NCBI GenBank assembly: GCA_951406725.2
Contig: OX597818.1
Location: 9,610,001-9,674,000 of the forward strand
Reading direction: 5' to 3'
From: Octopus vulgaris
Lineage: Eukaryota
Length of the DNA: 64,000 nt
This document shows positions 27,850 to 40,500 of this stretch, piece by piece. The position numbers and the translations under genes were made by a program. The notes under the pieces are model-generated. The model was not told the origin of the DNA and did not search any database. It was given only the letters and a program-made list of their open reading frames with translations. Numbering within the stretch: the stretch's first letter is position 1; each line of letters starts with the position of its first letter.

Positions 27850-28325
27850 GTAAATCAGGCATTGGGACTTTCATTATTATTCTCATGACCACTTATGACA
27901 GTTCCAATGCAAATGAAGAAGACCAGGTAATTCTTACTATCATGTCATTCTGCTAAAAGACTAATGGACTGAGGAACATGATTGTTTCCAACTCAACATG
28001 AGTTTTCAAAAATCGTTATTAAGAAAGATTAATCCTAGATGCACTCATTGTGTTTCATTGCTGGCTGCAACCTTTTCACATCAAGTCCTTCATCACAGTC
28101 TCCAGACTCACGCTCGACCACTGTCAGGAAATACAGCAAATTTGTATATAACAGTGGTCGAGAATATGACAGTGTCCCAAAATGTTAATCGCCTCTCCAC
28201 CATCTCACTGGCCCAATCTTTTCTCCGCTTGATGTTGGCTGCTCGAAGAAGTGGCTTCCTTCTTGTTTCTCTGCCATAATAACCAAGTTTGTGGAGATAC
28301 CTGACAGTAAAGGTTCGGTTTGCGT
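27850..28325 (-). mobile_element. Tc1-family transposase fragment (decayed)
   Basis: TVRYLHKLGYYGRETRRKPLLRAANIKRRKDWASE..FWDTVIFS..KFAVFPDSGRA*VWRL matches the Tc1 RKPLL/WA/W..VIFSDESKF/GR.VWR pattern. Confidence 0.85.
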
Positions 28326-28404
28326 AATGCCTTTTACTACAGCCTCTGGGCGGCCAAAGATTTGTGACTAGATCTGGTGGGCGGAGGCCGAGGGAAGCCT
28401 CTCG

Positions 28405-28488
<84 letters not shown>

Positions 28489-28708
28489 TGTGTCTTCCTG
28501 TCTCTGTTTGTTTCCCCACCATCGCTTGACACCCGGTTTTGGGGTGTTTACGTCCCCGTAAATTGTCGGCTTGGCAGGAGTGATCGATAGAAGAAATACC
28601 AAGCTTTAAAAAAAAAGTGCTTAAATAAGCTCATTCGACTAAAATTCTTCAATGCGATGCCCCCAGCATGAGCACAGTCTAATGACTGGAGCAAAAAAAT
28701 AAAAGATA
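28326..28708 (+). mobile_element. SINE family A, 5'-truncated and diverged, with internal (TA)n(TG)n
   Basis: Same layout as 52268-52750. Confidence 0.8.
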
Positions 28709-28714
28709 AATATT

Positions 28715-28920
28715 TAAATATATATAAACAAATTAAATAAACATACATTAAAAATAACAATAACAAACAACAAGAGGACGTACACATGGAATTTATTAGT
28801 TTGAAACTCAGTAAAAAAGGAGAGTTTTGACATTTCGTGCATAGCTCTTCGACGCAAAAGAATAAGGGAAAAGTCGAAAGAAGGATAAAATTCACGAGCA
28901 GTATGTATGTAGTTATACTG
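28715..28920 (-). mobile_element. Short TA-terminated element with a degenerate hammerhead-like motif
   Basis: Minus strand tttt-GCGTCGA-A-GAGC-tat-GCAC-GAAA-TGTC-aaaa at 28825-28859. Homologous to 31953-32175. Confidence 0.6.
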
Positions 28921-28925
28921 CTGAA

Positions 28926-28994
<69 letters not shown>

Positions 28995-29289
28995 AAATGG
29001 AACAAGAATGCAAACCATCCGGGCAACTAGGTGATACAAAAAGGGACAACAAAACATCCAGATAGACGATACAAAAAAAAACACAAGGACGGGTCATTCG
29101 AAACTTTTTATCCTCAGTCAAGAACCAGATCATCCGTGCAATTTCGGCTGATTAATCTTGAGATTGGTCCAATCTGGCCAGCCCCAAGGAAAAACTAAGC
29201 TAAGTGCATTAGACTCCTTAGAAAAAAAGCATCGAATGTATACGAAAACAAGGACAGAAAAACAGACGATGTTACACGAATATAAATAC

Positions 29290-29343
<54 letters not shown>

Positions 29344-29598
29344 ATGAGTTTCTTTGCCCTAGGAGTGGGGAAGACACTCGGCAAGAAATGGAAGCAAATT
29401 TGAAAGAAGAAAAAAAAAAATAATAATAATGATAATAATAATAACAGGTGTCTTTCGACTGGGGACGAATTGAATTCAGCTGGCGTGTGTGGAAATGAAG
29501 CCTTACGACAGAGATACAAAGCTTTCACGATCACAGGGAAGAATATTGATGTAACAGTGACTACAGTCAAATGCAAAAAGCGGGCTATACACTTATAC

Positions 29599-29660
<62 letters not shown>

Positions 29661-29953
29661 TTTTATGCACACACATCGTGTCTTAATGCTCCAACACGTA
29701 GCAAAGCACCCGATCAGCTAAGAGAGTACAGATAATCTCATAATATAAAAACATGAGTCTTGTAAATACAGTTATCCAGGGTTTCCTGGTTGAAATAATT
29801 TATTCCGTCATTTATCGAGCTGAAAATATCTTTTGTTAATTGTCTTTTGAGCAGATAAAGTTTCAACAAGCGACGTTGGTAAAGAAGAGTGTAAACGAAA
29901 TACGGGTGGAGATGACCAACGCTAAAACTACTCGATGTCAAGCATACGGAAAA

Positions 29954-30208
29954 GTAAACACACCACCATCGGTTGTCAAGCGATGTTGAGGGGACAAACA
30001 CAGACACACAAACATATACACACACATACATACATATATATACATATATACGACTAGCTGCTTTCAGTTTCCGTCTACCAAATCCACTCACAAGGCTTTA
30101 GTTGGCCCGAGACTATAGTAGAAGACACTTGCCCAAGGTGCCACCCTGTGGGACTGAACCCGGAACCACGTGGTTGGTAAGCAACCTACTTATCACACAG
30201 CCAGTCCC
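29954..30208 (-). mobile_element. SINE family A, 3'-truncated
   Basis: tRNA-like head (gggactgaacccggaaccac..cacacagcc on the plus strand), then gacacttgcccaaggtgcc and an internal CA/TA tract. Confidence 0.88.
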
Positions 30209-30681
30209 TCTAGTTTTTTTAAAGAATACAGTTTTTCAAGAGAACTCCCTGAACATTTTTTGGACCCGTTAATAAAAGGTCTGAATTTGGAAAGGATTTT
30301 CGCTTTGATGTCGAAACTGGTGCCTTCGTTTCCAGATTAAAGTCGAAATGAATGTTGAATGTCTCACCTAAAATTCGATATCTACATTTAAATTTCCTTT
30401 ATACTGCTCCGATATAACATATGATATTTGTACGACCATTGTCGTAGTTTCCTGAAATATGTGCTTCATAAACAACGGAAGATATATCGCACTCCTCTCT
30501 TAAAGTACATTTAGATTTATCTCTATATGTACATCCGAGGCAGGTTTAAGTCGTCCGTTGATTATTGATATCCTAGAGTTAAAGGTAGAAATTAATTGCT
30601 TTATACAGGAATCCATAGCGTGGACACACACACACAGATAGCCAGAGAGATAGATAAATAGAGAGAGAAGATAGATAGAAA

Positions 30682-30784
<103 letters not shown>

Positions 30785-31806
30785 TAGGGGACAAGAAAAG
30801 ATAACTTGTAATGTGTGTCAACGATTTTATTGTATTTGTGAGTTCTAAGGAAGGTGATATTTGAAAACTGCAAGAATCTTCCACCAATATTTGTTCTAAC
30901 ATTAAGCAAGAAAGTGGTGGGCAATGATAAAACTTTCCGAGACCTATACCTACGATTAAATGATAGAGGAGGTAGGGGGTGTAGTAGATTTTATCAGTAA
31001 ATCTGCTATCCTGCGGGCCTTATTATAATATGTGGCAGCCTTTCCAAATACTTCTTTAGAAGAGAAAGGCATTGATCGTACGGCTAATATTTGAAATTAA
31101 GTTTTGAAATACAATAAATGGCTGAAAGGAGTGTTTATTAATATATTTAAGGTTCTCATTAGTCTTGTGGATGGTCTTACATGAATTACTTTTTGAGATC
31201 TATGAAAACAGCTACAATGACAGCTTGAGTTTGGCTGGTATCGATAGAGTTGAAGGTAGAAATTGATTGCTTTCTAAAGGAATCCATAGCGTGGACACAT
31301 ACACATATACAGATAGACGGATAGGTAGATATATACGATAGATCAGATAGATATACATATATGTATGTATATGTATACACACACACACTCCCTTTCGCTA
31401 TCTACCTTTCTTTCTCTACAGTAAACATAATCGAAAACACAGACACAGATTTTTCACCTCACAGCTGTCAGTTTTCTGACATCTACCCATCCACAAACAC
31501 AATCACGCATTCAGACACACACATACGCACATTAAGACAGTTATATACAGTCACATACACAGGCACTCATTCACAAAAGAAATCATTTAAACCTACCGTT
31601 CTTTTGACCTGCACTCTCTCACATTACTATTCTTATGCCTCCCTCCTCCTACTTCGTTTGAACTCTTGAACCTTTAGAAACTTCTAGATTCTTCTACATT
31701 CAGCCACTCTGACGTCACTCATTATAAAGAGACACTCATTAACACCATGGGCTCCTTGAGAGCGATCAGCTAAAAGTTCTTTGTGCATTTTGATGTCGAC
31801 ATAAGT

Positions 31807-31903
31807 TCCTTGATTTTCCTGATGAGAAATCTGCATAATGTACTCCTTATTCCTTCGGAATTAGGAATATGCAGCCTTCGAAACATATGTCGAGAATAAA
31901 GGA
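31807..31903 (+). ncRNA. Type I hammerhead ribozyme (minimal stem III, long stem II)
   Basis: tccttgattttc-CTGATGA-gaaatctgcata...tatgcagccttc-GAAA-catatg-TC-gagaataaagga. Intact core, 11 of 12 stem I positions pair, GUC triplet ending at 31891. Confidence 0.88.
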
Positions 31904-31952
31904 TATTTGTTAACTAGTCGTTCAACTCTTTCATATACTTATATATATATAT

Positions 31953-32175
31953 ATCCTTTTCCTTCCGGTCTTTCAAAATGTGACCTCGTGTGTACCGTTG
32001 GCGATTTTTTTCCCTCTGTCTTCCCTTCTCTGGATCTTTCCTTCTCCTATGTTTCCGACGAAGAGCTCCGCTCGAAACGTTAAGCCCTCCTTCTTTCATG
32101 AGCGTCCAGTAATACTATATTTGTTCCACGTCCTCGCGTTGTTGTGTTTCTTTGTGCTTTCTTGTTTGGATTAAC
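31953..32175 (+). mobile_element. Short element between (TA)n tracts with a hammerhead-like motif
   Basis: ttt-CCGACGA-A-GAGC-tcc-GCTC-GAAA-CG-TT-aag at 32052-32084; T-rich 3' part ending in (TA)n. Confidence 0.65.
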
Positions 32176-32232
32176 TATATATATATATATATATATTTCC
32201 GAATTTGTGTATATGTGTATAGAATAATATAT

Positions 32233-32472
32233 GAGCTGAATAAAGTTACAACATGGTCTGGTTTTCACGTTTTTTTATTATTGTATTTAGAAAAAATAAT
32301 TACAATATCGATGTGTGTTAAACACTAACAAAATATTTCGTAATGTTCATAAACTTCAATTAGCGCTTTCATATGTTCGTAGTAATCATCAAATTTCAAA
32401 ATGTATTGATTGACAGTTGAGTTCTTGAAGAAAAGAAACGTGAAAACCAGACCATGCTGTAACTTTAATCAA

Positions 32473-32475
<3 letters not shown>
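32233..32475. mobile_element. MITE with ~40-bp TIRs inserted in TA-rich sequence (Tc1/mariner-like)
   Basis: agctgaataaagttacaacatggtctggttttcacgttt (32234-32272) is the near-perfect inverse (3 mismatches) of aaacgtgaaaaccagaccatgctgtaactttaatcaact (32436-32474). Confidence 0.85.
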
Positions 32476-32549
<74 letters not shown>

Positions 32550-32607
32550 ATATATACATACATATATATATTCTTATATATATATATATATATATACATA
32601 CATACAC

Positions 32608-32640
<33 letters not shown>

Positions 32641-32699
32641 CATACATACATACATACATACATACATACAAATATATATACGCACATATATATGCGCGC

Positions 32700-32828
32700 G
32701 CGACAAGTATCTTTCAGTTTCCGTGTGCCAAACTTACTCACAGATCTTTGATCTGTCCCAGGCTGTAGTAAAAGACTCTTGCCCAAGGTGCCACGCAGTA
32801 AGAGTGAACCCGGAACATACAGCAAGGG
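32700..32828 (-). mobile_element. SINE family A, 5' fragment
   Basis: ctttcagtttccgt..cttgcccaaggtgccacgcagt..gaacccggaac. Confidence 0.8.
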
Positions 32829-33317
32829 AGCTAGGCATTTCGATATCTCTAAATATAAATAAATATTCAGAGAGAGAGAGAGAGAGAGAGAACCTCAGAG
32901 ATTTACATACATGGATATGCATGTGCGTGCGTACGTATATGTGCGTATGTGTGTATATATGTATATTTATATGTGGGGTGTATGTACAAAGGTATTAGTG
33001 TTCTCTACTGTACTCCACTTTGCGTTGTTTCCCTTACATTCCTCTCCCCTCGCTCCGCAGTCTTTTCGCTTTCGTACGTTTTAATCCCACACCCCCCGCT
33101 TTCCCATTCAGCTTTCCGTCGTTCCCTCTCTGATTCCCTATTCTCCTTCTTAAAGCATTTCTTCAACAATGCCAATACACTCTGTCATATTTGTCAATTT
33201 GCAGTTTCAAACATTGTTCTCCACACACATTCACAAGCACATGGATTTATATATAAACGTATGTATGTATCCATATATATATGCTTTTCTCTCCCCCTTT
33301 CATTCTGTGTGTGTATG

Positions 33318-33397
<80 letters not shown>

Positions 33398-33718
33398 CAA
33401 ATATATGTATATATATATATGTAGGTATATAAATATATATATATATATATATATTTATATACATACATATATATATATACATATATATACATATATATAT
33501 ATACATATACATATACATATATGTACATATTTATACACACACACACACATATATATATAAACTTACATACACACATACATATATTTAAGTTGAGAGACAT
33601 ACGAAAGCAAACAAATTTATGTATATAAATGTATGTCTGTGTCTCCATATACATATATACACGCGGGTGAGTGTACGTATGTTCTAGTTGTTTGTGTGTA
33701 AATATATGTGTGTGAGTG

Positions 33719-33773
<55 letters not shown>

Positions 33774-34802
33774 ATACATACACACACACATATACACCCA
33801 CAAATGCATATAAGCAATCAGAACACACACACACAGACGCTCGCACATTTATATGTATATGGGGATCCAGACACATTGAAAGAGAGACAAGCAAACACAC
33901 GGACGGACACCACATATAGACACCACCACACACCATACACATGCATACACCTCATACCTTTGCTCTTTTCAACATTCAAACAACAATAAAAATAAGAGAA
34001 ATAACTGCAACTGCACTAACACAAGCAACAACCCCAACAACAACAGCTACTACTACACCTACTACTACTACTACAGTAAATACAATGCAGCAGCATTCAT
34101 CACTTTTACACAATAGCCCCCTGTCAAGCAATGGGCTTTTGGAGAAATTAGGATCTAATGACTGGGGCTGGGAGTTTTAAGGTAGATGTGTGTGTGTGTG
34201 TGTGCGCGCGCGCGCGTGCGTATGTGTGTTTATGTGTGTGTATGTAAAGATAGAATAAATGCCTTGAATCTAGAGAAACTGTAAGTAAATCTATTCTTGC
34301 TCTCGTTGTCGTTGTCGTTGTTGTTGGTTGTGGTTGTGGTGGTGGTGGTGGTGGTGTTCAATATCTTTGTCATCATTATTATCATAGTCATCGTTGTCAT
34401 CATCAACATCATTATCGTTTTCTTCACTTTCCCTCCTCCTCCTCCTTCTTATCTTCCTCCTCCTTCAATTTCTTCCTGTTCTTCATTTTCTTCTTTTGCA
34501 TCTCCTCCTCCGCCATTTTTTCTGCCTCTCGTTATTTTACCTTCTCTTTTTCTTTTCTTATTTTCTTCCTTTTAGCAGCATCAGCAGCAGCATCAACAAC
34601 CACAATAATGATGATGATGAAGATGATGGTGATGATGGCTTTCTTTCCTTTTCTTCAGATTTTTATTGTTATTACACATATAACTCCTGTTGTTGTCAGT
34701 AAGGATTTGAGAGGCATGTCTCCATAACTCTTAATGACTCAACAAGACAAACTGCCTTAAAGAAACATGGTATAACAGCTGTGTATGTAGCGGCGACGGC
34801 TA

Positions 34803-34836
<34 letters not shown>

Positions 34837-35114
34837 GGTGGTGGTGGTGGTGGTGGTGGTAGTGGTGGTGGTGGCGGCGGCGGTGGAGGTGGTTTGAAGT
34901 ACGGGGCTCGGGGAGGAAAATGAGACTGATCTAAAGATGCCTTTGTAACCATGAAATCTTATCGGAATAAATAGCCTTGTTAGTAAGTGTCTCGTATTAT
35001 CTGTGTCTATGTGTGGGTATATATATGGTGCGTGTGTGTATGTATGTATGTGTGTGTATATATATATACATATATATATGGTGTGTGTGTGTATGTATGT
35101 ATTTATGTATGTAT

Positions 35115-35205
<91 letters not shown>

Positions 35206-36161
35206 GGTGTGGGTGTGCGTGTATGTGTGCGTGGCGTGTGTGTGTGTGTATGTGAGTGAATTTGAGTGTGTCAGTTCATATATGAATGGTAGTTTGCCCT
35301 CTAGTCGAAGAAATGGCCTTTGCTGGCCTCTGATTTTCTATGGAATGGGCGTACAAGCATATGAAGAGTTAGTTTAGTTTAGTATGGTAATTATTGTTGT
35401 CATAATCGTGTCATTGTTTCTTGTATCTCAAGAAGCATTACTTATCCAGCAAGGAAGAAAAATCAGTCCAGCCTAGCCGCCATCGGTAACTTCTTGTTAA
35501 AATGATTACCCTCTATCTTTCGTATACTTTTCTGCATATGTATATAGTTTATAATTTATCGTCTGTACTGAGGCAAATGCGATACAGGAACGGTCGTATA
35601 TGTAACAGCAAAACTTTGTCACTCTATTAGGCATGTTGAAGGTTTGCGAATTGCTAATATTCTACAAGTCTTATTAATTCCAGATTCGGTTATGCTTTTA
35701 GTAAATATTCTGAGGCTTTGAAATATTTGTAATGTTATATTTATTAGTAACTAAAATACAAGTTGTGAGAATATATGAGTAGACTTCTAGAAGTCCTTGT
35801 AACTTCAGATTTACTTACACTTTATGTATACATCATAGGAATTAACGTATTTGTGGGGTTTTATTAAATATTGCTTTCTAATTTTGGCACAAGACCAACA
35901 ATTTTGGGCAGGTTGGTATGTAATACATCGACCTCACGGCATAAATTTCACGGCACAAATTTAAGTATACATAGAAGAATCACTGAACAAAAACATAAAC
36001 AATATTGTGAATGAAAAAGCATGGGAAATTAGGAATCTTGAAATAAATAAGATATCAGACAGGTCGTCAAGCAGTTAAACAACATTTAGATTAGTGCTAG
36101 TAAAATAGTTTGGGGGAATACTAAATTCCTAATTAGAAATAATTGTGTAAGTTACATATCA

Positions 36162-36202
<41 letters not shown>

Positions 36203-36408
36203 TAATAATAATAATAAGAAGAAGAAGAAGAAGGAGGAGGAGGAGGAGAAGGAGGAGGAGGAGAAGAAGAAGAAGAACAAGAAGAACAAGAAGAACAAGA
36301 ACAAGAACAAGAACAAGAACAAGAACAAGAAGAACAAGAACAAAAAACAACAACAACAAGGAGAAGAAGGACAACAACAGCAACAACAACAGTAATGATA
36401 ATAATGAT
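36162..36408. repeat. Compound microsatellite (AAT)(GAA)(GGA)(GAACAA)(CAA)
   Basis: Seen directly. Confidence 0.95.
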
Positions 36409-36577
36409 TTCTAAATTTGGCACAAGACCCGCAGTTTCGGGGGAGTAGATTAGGTGATTAAATCCACCCCAGTGTTCAACCCGTACTTACTTTATCGCCC
36501 CCAAATTCGACCTCGTTGGAATTTGAGCTCAAAACATAAGAATGACAAAATGCCGGCGTTTTGCCAGTTCGCCGCCT
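36405..36577 (-). mobile_element. SINE family B, internally deleted
   Basis: ggcacaagacc..tttatcgcccc..cgacctcgttggaatttgagctcaaaac..ttttgccagttcgccgcc. Confidence 0.7.
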
Positions 36578-36639
36578 GAACAAGAACAACAGCAACAACA
36601 ACAATAACCACAATAATAATAGCAACAATAATAAATGGG

Positions 36640-36945
36640 ACTTTTATACACTGGAAGCTGTACCAGCACTATGGATTGACGACAGTAAAAAGAGTGTATA
36701 GGCATCCTCAGAAAATGACAAAGCAACCATACTATGGGATGTGCCAATATACACAGTTAGAGAGATCAAAGTTAATAGATCGGATATAGTTGTCAAAAAT
36801 CATCAAGGGAAAATGCCTTTTATTTGACGTATTAATTCCAACAGATGACAATCAAACGGAAAAACTTAAAATACAAATATCTGGAAATAGCCCGAATGTG
36901 GAGCCTAAAAAAAGAAACAATCCTTATTATAATAGGTTCCCTATA
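36640..36945 (+). mobile_element. R4/Dong-type LINE restriction-like endonuclease fragment
   Basis: ENDKATILWDVPIYTVREIKVNRSDIVVKNHQG/KCLLFDVLIPTDDN..EKL/KYKYLEIARMWSLKKETILIIIGSL, a decayed RPD..D..K..KY motif of REL endonucleases. Confidence 0.85.
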
Positions 36946-38409
36946 TGTGTAATATTTTGTATAATATTTTGTACTTGAGAATTAAAAGGTCACTTGCTGA
37001 AATGACATCAGGTCACTAATACTTGGATGAGGTGGCAGACAGGATTTCTGATATTAATCCTGTTGCCCACCCGCCAACTGTGCAGATCTTAGATTTGTGG
37101 TTTGTCTAACCAAGTGACTAAAATTGTGAACGTCTATTACTATCATTCTCTCTTGTTTTACATACCCTCGAGATACATTTATTTCCGATACAGATATACC
37201 ACTCCTATTCCAAATCCAGACGGACAAAAACATTTATTTTGTAGCCATCAACAATACTAGTGTGCGCCCGTCGAAAATCCTGACCTGAACCCTTATTTTT
37301 ATCTAGTGACTCCGAGTCATTTCTGCAAGTGAGCTTCTTTTCAAGACGAACCTGCGTTATATGCACTTGCAATATTGACAATTTCTCTTGCACATCTAAC
37401 ATAACGACCACCACTAACTAGCAGATATCTTTTTGTTGTATCACAGCCACCACCCTTTGTATAGTCTGTTGCCTTATACTGTCCGCCTTAGTTAGTCAGT
37501 CACGAGGACCAGTTTGTCACTCTTTATTGGTGTTATTGAATGCATCAGGGCTGCCACCTTGTCGGAAATTTCACCTCAAGCAACGTAGGATTTGGTGCTC
37601 CGGGGATATTTCAGAAACCACTGAATGTGAGATGGTGTGTCGCTATCCCGGTCTGGACTTCAGTCCTATACACACTATCGGGCATTGCTCAATCGGACTT
37701 ATTTAACTATGTCTTGGCGTTGTTGAGATTCTAGAATGACAAAATGATTAGAACTTGCATTTGGTATACCTCAATAACACCTTTAGTGTTTTCATAGCCG
37801 TTATATTAGCACTTGACTGCTAGTCTTGCCCGGACTTGTGCCTCGGACGGGAACTTTCTAGATACAATCCCATAGTCATTTATGACCAAAGATGGGTGGG
37901 TTTATGGAGGCTTTAACCGATGGTATCATTCATAATTATGGTGGTGTTGGTATTAACTCTTGTACACCTGCGGTCCTTTTCTTATGGTTCCTGACTTTTC
38001 TCAATGCTGTTCCTTTTTGTTATTGATATCACTGTTGTTGTTGTTGCAGATATCGTTACTGCTGTTACTATATGTAGCATTCATTGCAGAGGGTTCGAAA
38101 TGGAAGATAATGGAATTTTTTTAATAAGCACAGTTCCAGCAGCCATCTATAACCTTCATTTGTAAAATCATTATTTCTTTCAATATGGCAGTCTCTTTTT
38201 ATTTTATCTTTTTGCAGCAACGAAATGATCCCTCAAGCGCTAAAAATACCAGGAAACCGGCTACCTCTGCCAACAGCACTTTGATGCAATAACTAAATGG
38301 AGTAACAACATTACCAATTGCAGTTTATTATTTTTAAACGGACAAATTAAAGAATAAGTTAAGAGCAAATATTACATAATGTCATTTGGACGGAAGATGA
38401 GAAAGAGAT

Positions 38410-38463
<54 letters not shown>

Positions 38464-38471
38464 GATGATGA
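38410..38471. repeat. (GAT)n microsatellite
   Basis: Seen directly. Confidence 0.95.
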
Positions 38472-39851
38472 TAGTAATAGTAATAAAATTTAACCAGGTC
38501 TGCTAACAAAAATTTGATAAAGTAGTTGTCCTGTAAGAAAATAACGTATGCAATATAATTGCAAATAATGAATATGTTATATTTTTCTATGTTTCTTGTT
38601 CAACTAAAATTCTTAGTTACCAGGAATGTTCGGCTGTGAGGATCTCTGAATGTGATTTCACATATATAACAGCGCAAACTGAAAAATAATGCAGCTGTAA
38701 CTAGCTGAGGAAACTTCATAGTGTTCCCAATCAGTGCTTGCATATCTGAGGTAGTACTGTTGTTAAACACAGACGAGCCCACTAGCAAATACTCACACAC
38801 TGATTACTTGCCCAATGATCTAGAATTACTTCTTTCTGTTTCTTCAGCCACTTCTAAAACGCCAAATATTCATCTGAAATACAAACACTCATGCAACGCT
38901 CATCCTAGCGTGGTTAAAAAACCGAAGTCGCTTGTATGATAACTTGTTTTCATTACACATACTATGCCAACCCAGAATTGATTAAAACCAACGGTCGTAA
39001 TTACAGATATGTCCCCCATGATATTCTCGTTATTACTGTTGATTTTAGTCACGGTGAGAAATAAATGAGTATACTTAGAAATGAAAGCGTTCTATCAACT
39101 CCATGTAGTTCAGACATATGTAACTGAGACTCATTTATCTCTTTCTTTTTTTTTTTTTTGCCAAATTAACGTAACATTTCATTTCAACGAGATTTAACTG
39201 TTTGTGCGAGATCTGTGTGAGATCTGTGTTTGTCCCTCTGTGTGAGAGCTGAATATGTCTAGCAGATTCTAGCAGATCATGTCGACGTTCCCTCGTTGAC
39301 TGTGGGAATAATGCTTTAAATAATGTACATCTTAATACATTATACCTGGAAAAGGAGTGAGGATGGCCAATACTGTAACGCCTTCAATAATAACAGTCTT
39401 ATCATGGCCGACCTGATATACAACAACAAAAACAACAACGGTAAACACAACTACAACAAGAACATAAAACGACGAAGCTAAGTTATGAAGTATCAGTAGT
39501 CATACATTGTTAGTTTGTCCTAACCCATTAACTGTTCAAGCTCTGTTAATTCTGTTGTGATAATATGCAGGTCAGCTGTATCTCATCTGTAAATTTGAGA
39601 TTGAAAATGTCCTTTTCTTTCCCCATCCACACCTACCTCTTTGCCTCTGTATTGCTTCTCGCTAACTAGAGAAACCCTAACAACCTAAGGTAATGGCATT
39701 TAGGAAGAGGAACTAAGTCAACATGCAACCGAAGCAGAGTGTTCCATTTGTGCAATAAGAGAACAAATTGAATGATATATGTTAATTTAGGCATTACTTT
39801 CTACAGAAAGATTTTGTTTTCCTGAAGGAAGGGAATGGAATGGCTGCAAAA

Positions 39852-39951
39852 TTCTTCTTCTTCTTCTTCTTCTTCTTCTTCTTCTTCTTCTTCTTCTTCT
39901 TCTTCTTCTTCTTCTTCTTCTTCTTCTTCTTCTTCTTCTTCTTCTTCTTCT
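39852..39951. repeat. Pure (TTC)n, about 33 units
   Basis: Seen directly. Confidence 0.97.
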
Positions 39952-40398
39952 ACATCCTCCTTCTTCTGACCCTTTCCCTGTTTCTTTCTACTCATTCATT
40001 TTCTTTCCCTAAAAAAAAAGTTTTGTTTCCACTTTGAAGTTCCTTTCTATTGTGTTGCAACTATTAAGTCTCTTTTGCCGGAAGTTCCATTATAGCCATT
40101 CTCTGAGCCATGCCACGCCTTGTCGTCTTTCTAAACTGAACTACTTTCCTTTTACCCACCAATTACTTCCATTTCTACACAGTAGAAACTTCCCTTATAC
40201 TTTTACGATTTTGTTCTGGTTTTTCTGTGTATTTTTGTTTTCTTTTGTTTTTGATTATATTTTAAGAGATTTATTATTCCCTGCTCATTTTCTTTTACTC
40301 ATACTTTTCCTATTGATTTCAAACTTTCATTGCATTCCTCTTCAAAAATTTACTCCCCTCAACCTCCCACAATTTTCTTTGACTCTCACTTCCTCTCG

Positions 40399-40500
40399 TT
40401 CTTCTTCTTCTTCTTCTTCTTCTTCTTCTTCTTCTTCTTCTTCTTCTTCTTCTTCTTCTTCTTCTTCTTCTTCTTCTTCTTCTTCTTCTTCTTCTTCTTC
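40399..40500. repeat. Pure (TTC)n, about 34 units
   Basis: Seen directly. Confidence 0.97.

Noticed and set aside
38797-38872. Minus-strand exon-like segment (tttcag ... gtgagt)
   Set aside because: Stop codons in all three frames; cannot be supported as coding.
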